The notes below the pieces were generated by a model. The model made no database searches. It had not been told where the DNA came from and saw only the letters and a program-made list of their open reading frames with translations. A DNA stretch of 64,000 nucleotides from Penicillus capitatus (taxonomy: Eukaryota > Plantae > Chlorophyta), in assembly GCA_965649825.1 (NCBI GenBank), contig OZ287696.1:601101-665100 (forward strand), read 5' to 3'. Shown piece after piece: positions 1-13,308 of this stretch (its first letter is position 1; each line of letters starts with the position of its first letter). The position numbers and the translations under genes were made by a program.

Positions 1-842
1 TCATGCACAATACTGGGCGGATTGTGGCACTCGACAACGACCTGAGAAGATTCAGAAGACTCGAAACGAATGTCCGTCTGGCAGAAGCCAACAACGTCCT
101 CTGCAAAATGGTGCCGTCAGTTGAGAGCATTAACATCGACGATGTTTATTGGTGAGCAGATGGACTTCTTGACGATCGATCCTTGTGCAGAGGAGTACAA
201 AGAGTTTGACGCCATACTGTTGGATCCTTCTTGTAGCGGCTCCGGAACAGCATTCTCCCGTCAAGATGACGTCCTGCCGTCTTCGCGGCAAAGTGTGTAC
301 TGCCTCTGCATCACGTCCTCGAAGACGTCAAACTGCTACACCAGGAAACTCATGGCGTGACAGAACAGAGCGCGAGAGGATTCAGCGACTCGCTGCATTT
401 CAAGTGTGCTTGTATCATGTCAATAACCGTAAGAATGACGGTGTCTGCTGGACAGACCAAGGCACTGATGCATGCCCTACGATTTCCCAAGGTCCAACGC
501 ATCGTTTACTCCACATGTTCTGTTTTCGAAGAGGAGAATGAATGCGTCGTGAAGGCTGTTCTGTCACTGGCACAGCAACAAGGATTCTTTCTGAAAGTGC
601 TGTCCTCTTAATGAAGATGCCGTGTGGAGATCATCTTTCATCGCCGCATCTTTAGGCACCGTTGCCCGATTGGCCAAGGAGAGGACATCTGCTTTACGAT
701 GGATGCGAGCATTTCTTGCGCATTGGTGCGTTGGTTCAACACGCGTGAGCACCTAACCGTTTGATTTTGATTTACAGATCCGGATCGAGACAACGCAGAT
801 GGATTCTTCATTGCGCTCTTCACACGTTCATCTCCTCACTGA
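1..842 (+). CDS. NSUN5: rRNA m5C methyltransferase NSUN5/Rcm1, 3' part (start lies upstream of the window); 5 short introns in view
   Basis: Spliced peptide contains IVALDND, AILLDPSCSGSG, IVYSTCSVFEEENECVV and C-terminal WPRRG...DGFFIALF. Stop TGA at 840-842. Confidence 0.9.
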
Positions 843-1532
843 ATCCTCGACATCGAACGGTTGTGTAATTGCCTTACCTATCGCCAAAACGCATCTCCTT
901 TGTCTCCATCCACAATCAGGAGGCATTGTCTCACTTGATTCGCGTGAAGACTGTCGAGGAACTCCGTCAGTCGTAGTGTCTTGCCAGAATTCAGATCAGA
1001 CGTTCCAAAGATATCTTCCAGTTGTGCATCCATCATATCTCTCCCGTATCGCAAATACAGAATCTGCATGGCTTCTTCCAGCGACACCCGTCCACTGAAG
1101 CTCTTATCGTTCATCACGAATTCGGTGAGATTGAACAGGCGACGCGGTTCCCGTCCAGATCGATCGCTCCTGCATCGATGGTACATCCTCTGGAATTCAT
1201 TCCAATCGACAGCACCGTCACAATCCTCATCCACTTCCCAAATCATATCCTCCACTTCGCCCTTGCGTTCATCCAAACAGACAGAGATATCACACATGGG
1301 TATCAACCCGCTGTCTAGACGCTCACCCGTTTCGTCTTGTGGCCCAGAATGGCGAAGATGTCCTTAAGCTCCTCCAGATCGATCTTGCCATCTGCCTTTC
1401 GATCCAACGTCTGGAACGCTCTCTTCAGATCATCCGCCTCGTTCTTTCGCGCGAATCGTTCCTAAACAGTCCCATCTTACAGAGAAGCCAGAGGTGCAGC
1501 CATGCACATACCCTTGCCGTCTCGCTCGCCAT
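836..1532 (-). CDS. Calmodulin-like EF-hand protein, 4 exons
   Basis: ATG at 1532 (MASETAR|ERFARKNEADDLKRAF). EF loops DRKADGKIDLEE and DEDCDGAVDWNE. Last intron (57 nt, GTGAGA..TAG) gives a stop at 838-836; the unspliced form stops at 878. Confidence 0.85.
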
Positions 1533-1620
1533 CGCAATCGAAACATACGCGTCTGGAAGTTGACGATCGCGAAATCACATCTTTATTTGTTGTCAAATCG
1601 ATTTGCTCTGCGGACAGACG

Positions 1621-3075
1621 ATGCCGAACGCGTCCTGCATCGAGACGCCGCTTCTCAAAGTGCGTCGCCTGTTATCTCCATATCCAGCTTTGCCGCAACG
1701 ACGGTGCAGGTTCCTTTCGAATCGCTAAAGAGAGCCGCGAAGGAACGCAAGTCTATCGTGGACGAAGCCACACGCGCTTTATCCGGAATTGCGTCGCTGA
1801 CACAAGAAACGGACGTCACACAAGAACATGCTGCCGCTCAGTTGGGGACATTGGTTGAGAAGCTATCCAGTCTGAAACGCAAAGTGTGATATCGACATCT
1901 CACTTTCTGACCGTTCAGTTATCTGTGCGACCAGCTCGAGGATGTTTCCGTGACAGAACAGGAAGGAGCAGAACGGTCGCAGGCTCGACTGAAGTATCTG
2001 GTCGAATTGAATGAGCCGAGCGAAGAGGGTGTCGTTCAATGGAATGCTGGTCGTATTGACCGTCTTCTCGCTGATCATTTTCTCAGAAGCGGCTGCAGCG
2101 AGACTGCCAATGCCATCATTCGCTCCTCATACCTCGAAGTGAGATAAAAGGATAGGAGGATTGTCGACAGTATGGATGGCTGTCATGCAGCAACTCGTGG
2201 ATGCACACATCTTCAGAGAGGCAGATCGAGTGCTCGAAGGACTCAAGAATCATGACTGTTCAGAAGCGCTGGCTTGGTGCAATGACAACAAGAGCAAGCT
2301 GAAGAAAATACGTTCCAAGCTGGAATTCAGATTGCATTTGCAAGTGTTTATCGAACATGTGCGCCGGAGTGAACTGATGGAAGCGATCTCATACGCCAAG
2401 ATGCACTTGGCCCCGTTGGCAAGTCAGAACATGGAAGCCTTTCAACACGCCATTGCCACTTTGGCCTTCAAGTAAGACAACCATGGGTGTGGATAGATCT
2501 TGCTTGGATCGCTGCATTGTCACATTGTGCTTAGAGCCGATACGAAGTGCGAGAGGTACAAGGTATTGTTTGAACCAGATCGTTGGAAGATGATCATCGA
2601 TCAGTTCTACGAAGCTATGTATCGACTGAATTGGCTGACGTCGCAGTCTCTGCTGAACATACACCTCCAAGCAGGTATGCAGATCATATGCACGGTATGA
2701 ATGGCATGTCTGAGTGTTTGTAGGTTTATCGGCGCTGAAAACGCCCCACAGTTATGAACCTGGATGCTGTCAAGAGGACCCACTGCACTTGACTGCCTTT
2801 CAGAAGCTGGCGGAAGGCCTGCCCTTTGCAAAATACGATCGATCGAGACTTATCTGCAGCGTGACCAGAGAGATCATGAACGCAGACAATCCACCAAAGG
2901 CACTGCCTAATGGTTATGTATACGGCACCAAAGCCATCGAGCAGTTGACCAAAGACGGCAAAGTCACCTGTCCCTGCACCGGTTAGCCATACAAGACAAC
3001 ACCGTTCTTACGACTCGGTCTTTTGCAGGCGATGTCTGTGATGTGACAGATGTACGCCGTGTCTTCATTGTCTGA
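1621..3075 (+). CDS. MAEA: CTLH/GID complex E3 subunit MAEA/Fyv10
   Basis: IETPLLK|VPFESLKR start, LisH-like RIDRLLADHFLRSG, CTLH ALAWCNDNKSKLKK and degenerate RING LICSVTREIMNADNPPKALPNGYVYG...VTCPCTG. Confidence 0.9.
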
Positions 3076-3419
3076 CGAAAGCAAAGATATTGCGTTCTGA
3101 AATCCGTGCTGCGTGACGTGCGCTAGAAGCCACGTTCAGCCAGATGGCGAACAGGCTTCGACTGTAATCTCTGTAAGCAAGCGACAAGCAGCAGCCCATG
3201 TGCACGTTGTGTCTGCGCGTTTATGTTCTCGCGGCAAGAATGATCGAGATGGAATGGCATTTGAGAATCGCCGCTGTCGGATGGTGTCACGTACGTGTGC
3301 GAGCGTTCGATTTGTTGTCATGCAATATCGCTAGTGAATTTGTACGACACTTCATTGCTTACACAGCTCTTTGACGGCGCAGTGGTGTCGAATTCAGAAG
3401 TCTCTTGCAAAATCGCACA

Positions 3420-4376
<957 letters not shown>

Positions 4377-4506
4377 CGCGGCATCACTACATCATCAATT
4401 CCAGTCAAGCGTCTACTGAATGGCACTTCATGGTTCTGTCAAGAAGCAGAGAGAACAATCGCAGTGCTCTGCAAACACTTTGAGTCGTCCCATCGTGTGC
4501 CAAATG

Positions 4507-6526
4507 CTATGTCTCGAGAGACAGCAGTCTGATGGTCTGGATCAGATCATCTAGATCAGACTGCTCGACATCGATGCCTAACAACGCTTCCTTCTCATCG
4601 GCGTCAGGATCGTTCTCTTCTAACGGTCCGAGAGCATCGGTGTCGCCAAAGTAGTTATCGAGAAGCGCCTGAATGGAAATGGGATGAGGAGTAGGGGGTG
4701 AGCGGGGTGGCACATGGTACTTTCATTTCGGCGATGCCATCGGCAGAGATCTCATTGGCATCGATATCGAGTTTATCGAAGCGGGGTTTTCCTCTCAGAG
4801 CTTTGACGACGGCTACAGCTCCTGCACGATGAATCTCATTTCCGCTCAGGTTGATGCGTTCCAGAGACCTAGAGTCAAAAACAGAGGATCTGATCTGTGG
4901 ACACTCTTCCAGATAGCGGATAACGCGCACACCAAATGGCGGCAGCGGCCTTGGCGATGAGCAGTGCCCCTCGATCTTCCAGTTCGTTCTCGTGCAGGTC
5001 GAGTACTCGCAATGCCATCTTTTTCATAAGAGCGCGACTCAGTTCCTTAGCTCCTTCGAACGTCATCTCATTCAAAGCCAATTCCAATACCTGACAACAT
5101 CATCGACTTGAGAAATGGGCATCTCTCTGCGAAACGGAGCAGGCGATGTGTTTACCTGCAAATGTGGAACACAGACATGCAGCGCTTTTGATAATTTCTG
5201 CACGCCGTCATCGCCAAGGGACGTATCACTGAGGTTCAGTCGTTGCAGTTTTGATTGGATCCCCAGGAGCTTCACGATTCCTGGTATGCTCTCAGCCGTC
5301 GCCGGATTATCATTCAAATCGAGGGAGCTGAGCCCCGTCGATGCAGAAAGGCCTTCTGCCAATGCCAGCACACCACTGGGGCCGACACGAGAGGATGCCA
5401 TCTGAAACTCCTCAATGCTTGACATACGTGACAGCATCTTGCCAATAGACTTTCCACCTTCATCGCCACTCATATTGTTATAGAGAAACAATCCCTTGAG
5501 CTTCATGTTTGCCGTCAACTCGCTCAGAGCTGAACAGGCATTGGGTGAACATCCAATGTTGTGTAAGGATAGCGATTCCAGCTGCGGCTGATCAGAAAGA
5601 GAAGGAGGTGTTAGATCAATGACGCGAATCGCTTCGTAGTGTACTTGGGAGGCAAAGAGCTCTTGACATGCTCTCAATCCCTTTTCTCCAAAAGCATTGT
5701 TGCTCAGATCCAAGTATTTTAACTTCGAAGGTATCAATGCCCGACTCAGTTTTCGCAATACTTGCAAGGCTTCGTGTTCCTGCGGTGGAGCATTGCCTGC
5801 GAATGAAAGCAAGAAGATGGAGGATCTACTGGACGGCCGCCGATAATGTCACTCAAGTTCGCCGTTGTCAACGACGCATGAATCGTACGCAGAGCCCTCG
5901 TTGCCACTTCTGCTGCATCGATGCCAAAACTCTTGGTGCTCAAAATGATCTACACGACATCGCACAGTCATCTCTGAAGAATCCGACCGCAGAGATATAC
6001 CGTGTGAATGGGATTGGCAGCATAGATCAAGTGTTCGAAGATCTGTTCTGCGCTTTCTTTTGAAAGGAAATCCCTCGTGCCTCCACTCAAATCAAATACG
6101 CCCTAATGCCACAACACCTTTCCATTAACGCTATGCCTGTCGTCTGTCTCGACACTTTGAGCGCGTTTGTGTCTTCAACTGGATGATGTGCACTGTGGCC
6201 CTTGGCAAAAGCAACGACCAGTTCTGACAGTTTACTGCACGAGTGGGGTGGAGTCGTCAACGGAGATAGCGCCATGGAGTGCTGTACCGAGTGTAGAATT
6301 TGTTTGTCTCGGCAAGAGGCCGTTTTCCCGTCGTTGTTGTTGATTGTGCCTGTGCGGCGGCGAAAGCTTCGCGTTCGAATCGAGCTGCCGTTTTCGAGGC
6401 GAATCGCTCTGTCAGATCTTTGTTCGCATAGAATGCCAAACTCAAGAGGTTTGAACTCATCCTCGTGGCAACGCTCTCGCGAACATCCTCGTCTAGTAAC
6501 CACAATTCTGACGACGTCGAGGCCAT
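4507..6526 (-). CDS. RANGAP: Ran GTPase-activating protein with WPP-like N-terminal domain, LRRs and short acidic tail
   Basis: FDLSGGTRDFL, LSTKSFGIDAA, NLSDIIGGRP|EHEALQV, LKYLDLSNNAFGEKG, HNIGCS, YNNMSGDEG, SSRVG and acidic ENDPDADE tail. ATG at 6526. Confidence 0.92.
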
Positions 6527-6598
6527 CCCGTACGCTGACGCCCCTTGGGTCTTCAACGTCACATCACGAATCTCCACATAGATGAAGCAAACCTCAAA

Positions 6599-9500
6599 AT
6601 GACCGTCGATTCTGACGCGTGTCCTTTTCCCTGTATCCGGCTGAATGACGCGTCGAGCAGGTCATTCCCATCTCCACCCGACATCACATCCTTGCGTTCA
6701 CGCTCCCTATCGACGACGATCTTTCTAGGCCGTAAGCGCAAAGAAGAGAGAGAAGAAGAAGAAAACAGCGGATCGCACAAGAAACATGTGAAAGAGAGCT
6801 GGCTGCGTCCCGAACGACGCGCTGCTCAAAACATCAACTACGACGAACGCGTCGAAGATGCGATCGATCAGGAAGACGGCAACGATACCGTCACACAAGC
6901 TGTATACTCAGAGTGCGGTTCCGAGCGCGAAGCTGTTTTGCAAACGGGCTCGATGACGGACAACAGACGCAGGTGGCCCGTTGTCGTTGACGCGTTGAGA
7001 TGATCGGGGTCTATGGTACAGACTCGCCATGTTTGAGGTTGTCGATGAACGTGGAGATTGGCAGCCGTTAGATGGTCCGCTGCGTCCGTTGTTTCTCTCC
7101 GGAATCATTCAGCCGCGAGTCGGCGCGTCGACGAAGAAAACGGGACGGTTTGTGCGTTCGTTCGGTCCACTCGTGCAATGGGTCGTTCACTACGGAGCAA
7201 ACCAGGCCATGGTCTCTCTTCACGATGTCGACGGAGGCGTAGGAAGAGAACCGATGTGTTTCTAGATCGAGATTCGGACGAATGATCATGTGTTTTGCTG
7301 CATGAAACCGTCGGCGAAGTATTCCCCGTTCTTTGCGCACTTAAGTGAACAAGTCGCCATCGCACACCAGGCAAGAAACGGCGATACTATGGATCGCCAT
7401 CCAATACCTGCATGTTGTCCCAGATATACGCTCACATGGCACCTGGCCTGCTGGAAGGCAACATATCAATGTCTCTTGATTCCATTGTGCAACGCCTACA
7501 GCGATCCAAAGTGAGTGAGCTTGAATACTGAAGTGGTGAGAGAGAGGGAATGGCTTAAAGGTGAAGCATGGTTATGGTACATGGAGACAAGCCATCTCAG
7601 CCAATACAGATTTTCTACTCGAACAGCTGAGACAGATGACAGCACAGCACCAGGAAGGCGGCTTCCGTTTTGAAGAGACGCCCTTTGCACTCTCATTGGC
7701 AGAAGAGGTGAGGCTTCGCTGGATGAACGGTCTGAGCGTTGGGTCTTTCTACAGCGAAGAGAAGCATCTGGATGTATGGCATACGGCGGCGGCATTCAGA
7801 TATATGGCGGCACAGAGAAGATCGCTCCTCAGTCCGATGAGCGCCTTGCTATGCAGCTTCAAGCAAAAGAGGAAGCCAAACTCAGAATGGCGGATCAAAA
7901 GTGAACATGACATTCAGGCAATCGCTCTTCGATCGACGACTGACTTGCAGAACGAAAGGAAATGGCCACATCGTCATTTCGGCCCATGCCTTGACAACAG
8001 AAGAAGATATCGCTGATGATTATCCGTTGCCGATCGCTTACGAGAAAGAGGAAGAGGAGATAGATGAGTTTCTAATGGCAGATGAAGATGTGGCTCTCCT
8101 CGATCCATCCGATCTGCCGCAGAGAGTGCTCGCAGATTTCTCCATCTACGACTCAGAGGCATCCACCAACCCTCTTCGAGAAATCCATCATCATCTTTGC
8201 GATTTTGGACATGAAGGGACTACACAAGACCTTGGAACTGCTGCCCTGTGGAAGTGACATTCCACCAACCGTCGAGCTCTACGGTTCAGGTATTGTGAAG
8301 GAAGAAGTGGCGGCGGCAGATTCCGATTTTTTCAATGCTCTCCATCAGAGTGCCCTCCACGGTCTTCCCCTTCTGGCATGGCTTCCTGGTGGATGAGGGT
8401 GTTCAGGATGTTCGTTTACGGCATTGGATGTCGGACAAGGAGGCTCTAGCGGAATGGGAGAGTCTTCGGGCGTGCCTTCAGACAACGATACGCCTTCGAT
8501 GCGTATATACTTAAGTCAGATTCAGGAGTACGTTGTGGAGTGCGATGTGGATTCCGTCTGCATTTCTATTCGTACGGAAGCATCGTGGTACAAACTGCAA
8601 GAACCGTCGGCATTGTATGCTCCTTGGTTTCGCGTGGTCGTCAAGTGCGCACGGATTTCCATTAAGATCATCAGCATGGTCTTGCAAGAAGTAGATCGGT
8701 AACATCTTAACAAGCATCAAGCACCATCTGAGATCTCTTAGGCACGTGCATGCAAGCTCTCTTTCTCTGATGTGACAGCATTGCTTGCGAAAGAAGGCAA
8801 AGATTCGCCAGTGTTCTTGTCAACGAATGTCAGCTCTCCTGAAGGTGGTTGTTTGGATGTGACAGGATGGTCTAGGTTACTGAGGTGAGTCAGTGGTTGA
8901 TCAGACATGGACAGTTCATATTGAACCAATTCGCACACTATCCTGATTTGAATATCCAGAGCTGCGCCTTTGCGACGTACCTCAGGGAGCAGTGCCTGAC
9001 AAGAATACACTGCAAGTCTCTTTTGCTTCCTAAGAGAGACCATCGTCGTCAAGCGAAGCCCAAGACATCATGCATTTCATCTGGTGGTAATAGAAACCCG
9101 ATGAAGGTGATCGGATGCGATACAACGGATGGGTATGTCAAAATCTGTTCTTACAGGATCGTTGTGCGAATATTCGAGCCAAGTCGATGCCAGCCACCGC
9201 AACGACACTCGTTCAGAGCATCTGGAAGAATTACTTCTGCATAAAGGGACTGGAGAAAGAGAATGCAAAGGCCACAGAAGAGGACGCTCCGGAAGATGAG
9301 ACAGCCGGGGATACAGATCTGATAGAATACGAAACGGCCATTCAAGGAGGAAACATCACAGAATCGGCCTTCGTAGATCAGAGAGAGCAATTCCCTTCAG
9401 ACAGCATTCAACCAACGGGACTTGCACCGGCTGGAGATGCCTGTGACACATACAAGTCATTTCTGGTGTACACAACAGCACAGGATGCTGAAATGCGGAC

Positions 9501-12368
9501 CTTTGCGTGTGGAGTCATTGTACGCTGTTTAAGGACAACATCCATCTACAGCTCCTTCAAAAGGCAGATAGGACAGAGAGTCAAAAATCAGGAGTGGGGC
9601 ATTGGAAGTCTGGGGATGATACAGTGTTTCCTCAAGGACAAGAGAAATGGCAAACACTATGTGCAATTGAGAACCGTCCTGACAGGGCAGGCGACTGTTC
9701 TGGGAGATGCTGCATCGACACATGAGCTTTTCTTGGAGAACAGGTGGATCATTATGTAAGACAAACAGCACACCATCACTGTCACTCGTGATTCTTGTGT
9801 CTGCAGCTCACTGGAAGACATCTCATTGCCGATGGACAACATCCATCTCAGATGCATGGAGAAAGGGAGAGACGAAGAAATGAGAGGCCAGAGAACACTA
9901 TCGGCAAATTCAGAGGACGGTTTTGTTATCAAACTGGTCTACCAACCAGATAAAGGAATGTTTGACGCGATCCGGGACTTGAATCCAGGCACTCTGCATT
10001 TGACCGAGGTGTCCCTTTTTTCTGTTTTGCTAGTTACTGAGCAAAAAGGGTGTTCAGGAGATAGAAGCTGAGACAGCGAAGGTGCCGGTCATGACCGGCG
10101 AGACATCTTTTGTCCTCTCCGATGTGAGCTATAACGTGGGAGACTCGATTTACTTTGACCCGCGGGTGTTGGAAGAGGGATCAACAGAACAGACGCATCC
10201 ACATGTCCCTGGGTACATTGCAGCATCAGGCAGAGATCCCAAGGTCGAAGAAATGTTACATGGCTCTTGGCACACATCGATCGACGATCTTGTTTTTCTT
10301 TCAGGGATCTATTCGCAGATTAAGACCTTATGCCGTTGGCTTGATCACGAGCATCAGAATCTCCGATCACTCAAAGGCGAGAAATCAGCGGAGAAAACCT
10401 ATGCTAAGAGAGACGGGCGAGTAGGCCGTGGACAGTGTATCTGTGCAAAGATATTACAGGCCTGAAGATGTTGGAGAAGCTGAGGAGACCACAGCCGACT
10501 ATTGGGAACTTTACTCGAGCGACAGACGTATAGACATTTGCCCATCGGATATCATCCGGAAATGTCACGTAGACTGTCACCGATCCACAGGTACCGACAC
10601 TCACCATCGGCACGCATGACGCCTTCTGCGGATTGCTTGAAGATGACGACAACGACACATTCGTGTGCACAAAGCGCGTTGAGTTCGAAATCAATGGCAA
10701 GATCAAATTGGTCCCCGGAGAGACAGATGGAGCAGACAGCGAAGAGGAGACATGCAAGAGGTCCGATCCTATCGTCTGTCCACGTTATCTGAAGCATCTT
10801 CTAAATGGACTGGCATAAAGCGTGGCGTTTTAGAGGCACTGAAGACGCTGGATATCTTTGCTGGATGTGGTGGTCTGTCAGAAGGTATGCATCAAGCAGG
10901 CATTGTCGATACCAAATGGGCGATCGAGTATGACGATGCTGCTGCCGAAGCTTTTAAACTGAATCACCCTTCCACAGCTGTGCTCTGCAACAATGTCAGC
11001 GCTTTGCTGTATCGGATTATGTCAGCCCATGGGCGCCAGAGCGATTGCTGTACATGTGAAGAAGTCCAGAAACAGGCAGGCAGTCTTCCAGAAGAGGATA
11101 TCCTTCGCATGCCTCTTCCTGGGGAGGTGGAATTCGTCATGGGTGGACCTCCCTGTCAGGGATACTCTGGGATGAACCGATTCAATCGAGGACAATGGAG
11201 CATGATGCAAAACTCTATGGTCACCGATCACTGAGCAATGACCTTTAGCTAACCAAAGCTGCAATGTAGGTGATGAATTTTCTCTCCTTCACCGACTACT
11301 ATCGTCCAAAATACTTCCTTCTTGAAAACGTTCGCAATTTTGTTAGTCACAATTCGAGTCGGACATTCCGATTAACGCTACGTACGCTGATCGACATGGG
11401 CTACCAGGTGAGAACCCTGGTGCAATGGTTTTGGGGTCTGGAATTTGGAGCTTGTTTTGTAGGTGCGTTTTGGAGTGCTGAATGCCGGAAATCACGGTGT
11501 GCCCCAGTCCAGAAAGAGAACATTCATTTGGGCGGCCAAAGAAGAAATGCAATTGCCGGAATGGCCAACACCCTTGCACGTTTTCCACAGTCCACAACTC
11601 ACCATTAATCTTCCGGGAAGCATTAAATACGCCGTTCCTCACGACACCCGTGGGGCACCTCTGCGAACGGTGACCGTCCAAGATGCCATTTCAGATTTGC
11701 CGCCCATCGAGAACGGCACAGACCAGTACTCGTCCACTCTCTCAGATGATTGGATAGCGCGTCTGTATCCAGGACGCGTCAGGTCTATCCTCAGGGACCG
11801 AGATCTGCCTTTCAAAGAAAGATCAGAGGCAACGTTGCTGTCCTGACAGATCACATCTGCAAGAGATTGAGCGATTTGAACCTTGAGCGATGTCGTTGCA
11901 TTCCGAAGAACACACCGGGGGCCGATTGGAGAACTCTGTTGGACATCGTAGCAGCCGATCCCAATCGAAAGACCTTTCAAGTATGGATAACCACAGTGAG
12001 TGGACAGTGTTCTTTAGAGACTGTTCATGTAGGGCCAACCGTTAGTACCTTGGTGTCTACCCAACACGGCTGCGCGCCATAACAACTGGCGGGGTCTGTT
12101 TGGCCGTCTCGATATGAGAGGACATTTTCCAACGTCCACAACAGATCCACAGCCCATGGGCAAGGTGGGTCAAGTTTTCCATCCAGATCAAGATCGCATT
12201 GTCTCCGTCCGAGAATGCGCACGATCACAAGGATTTCCGGATTCGTATCTCTTTCATGGAACCATCCATCAGAAGCACAAACAGGTGGGCAATGCTGTTC
12301 CGCCGCCATTGGCCTGTGCCTTGGGACGTTCTCTGAAGAAAGCGATTGCCGAGATCCATTTTGAATGA
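6599..12368 (+). CDS. MET1: DNA (cytosine-5) methyltransferase DNMT1/MET1: two RFD domains, two BAH domains and the C5-MTase domain; about 22 introns; start approximate
   Basis: Motifs [70 protein letters not shown] and [14 protein letters not shown]-like [11 protein letters not shown] and BAH-like QRYYRPEDV. Confidence 0.95.
7371..7423 (+). other. GC-AG intron in DNMT1/MET1
   Basis: CAC CAG|GCAAGA...CCCAG|ATA TAC joins EQVAIAHQ to IYAHM and corrects the frame (53 nt). Confidence 0.75.
8159..8216 (+). other. GC-AG intron (AAG acceptor) in DNMT1/MET1
   Basis: TCA GAG|GCATCC...ATGAAG|GGA CTA joins FSIYDSE to [10 protein letters not shown]. The interval contains no GT dinucleotide. Confidence 0.8.
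10377..10424 (+). other. GC-AG intron in DNMT1/MET1
   Basis: TCA AAG|GCGAGA...GAGTAG|GCC GTG GAC. The 48-nt in-frame intron ends in a TAG stop and has no usable GT donor. Confidence 0.75.
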
Positions 12369-12461
12369 TGACGATTTCAAAAACCCACATTTAAGACGAT
12401 TACATGACTCCATTGACTGTTTGTTCAATCATACCGGCGTCTCATCTCGTGCATCTGAGTT

Positions 12462-13112
12462 TCAGATGGCGTACTTGCCTTCCTTAGCAAGGGCGAAATT
12501 CTCGGCGACTTTTTCCCAATTCACCACATTCCAAAAAGCGGCGATGTACTCTGGACGTCGATTCTGATACTTGAGATAATATGCATGTTCCCACACATCT
12601 AATCCGAGAATCGGAATCCCCTGCACATCTGTCACGGACATCAATGGATTGTCTTGATTTGGGGTCGATGTGATGCTCAGGCTTCCATCCTGCTGAGCTA
12701 CTAACCATGCCCAGCCGGATCCAAAACGTTTGGCGGCTGCGCCATTGAAAGCCGTCTGCATTTCATCGACAGATCCAAACGTCTCTTCAATTTTACTTTT
12801 CACGTCTCCTGATGGCCCCGCCGTTTCTGACGGTTTTGTCATCACTTGCCAGAAGAAGGAATGGTTCCAGTGTCCGCCGCCGTTGTTGCGCACGGCTGTC
12901 GCAATATCGGCTGGGATCTTGTCCGTACCGACACTCGAGCTGATCTCAGCGATGCCCAAGCCACTCAATTCGGGAAACTTCTCAATGGCGGCGTTCAGAT
13001 TATTGACGTAAGCCTGATGATGCTTGGTATGGTGAATGTTCATGGTCGTGGTGTCAATGTGGGGCTCCAGAGCTTCGTAACCATAAGAGAGATCCGGCAA
13101 AGAAAACGCCAT
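12462..13112 (-). CDS. Manganese superoxide dismutase, intronless, no transit peptide
   Basis: [34 protein letters not shown] and DVWEHAYY. The GGG and Gln signatures fit the Mn type. Confidence 0.95.
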   Translation of the reverse strand: MAFSLPDLSYGYEALEPHIDTTTMNIHHTKHHQAYVNNLNAAIEKFPELSGLGIAEISSSVGTDKIPADIATAVRNNGGGHWNHSFFWQVMTKPSETAGPSGDVKSKIEETFGSVDEMQTAFNGAAAKRFGSGWAWLVAQQDGSLSITSTPNQDNPLMSVTDVQGIPILGLDVWEHAYYLKYQNRRPEYIAAFWNVVNWEKVAENFALAKEGKYAI

Positions 13113-13308
13113 GGTGCAGGCGAAAGAATCGTAAATCGGTGCGGGTACTTGTCGAATGCGATCGATCGATTGTGCCGAACGGAATGGGTATCATTAAGGG
13201 AGTAGCACATTAAGTGTTGTTCTCCGTTGGCATTTCTGTTCGTTACGACGATTATTACGGCCGCCACAGAACGCTCTCCCGAAAGACACTTACGTTTGGA
13301 CGTGCATC

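Noticed and set aside
12462-13112. Intronless, bacterial-looking MnSOD as a recent horizontal transfer
   Set aside because: From memory it closely resembles the chlorophyte MnSOD type (Chlamydomonas MSD1-like). Composition matches the host, and other host genes here (ALG11, LSM5) are also intronless.
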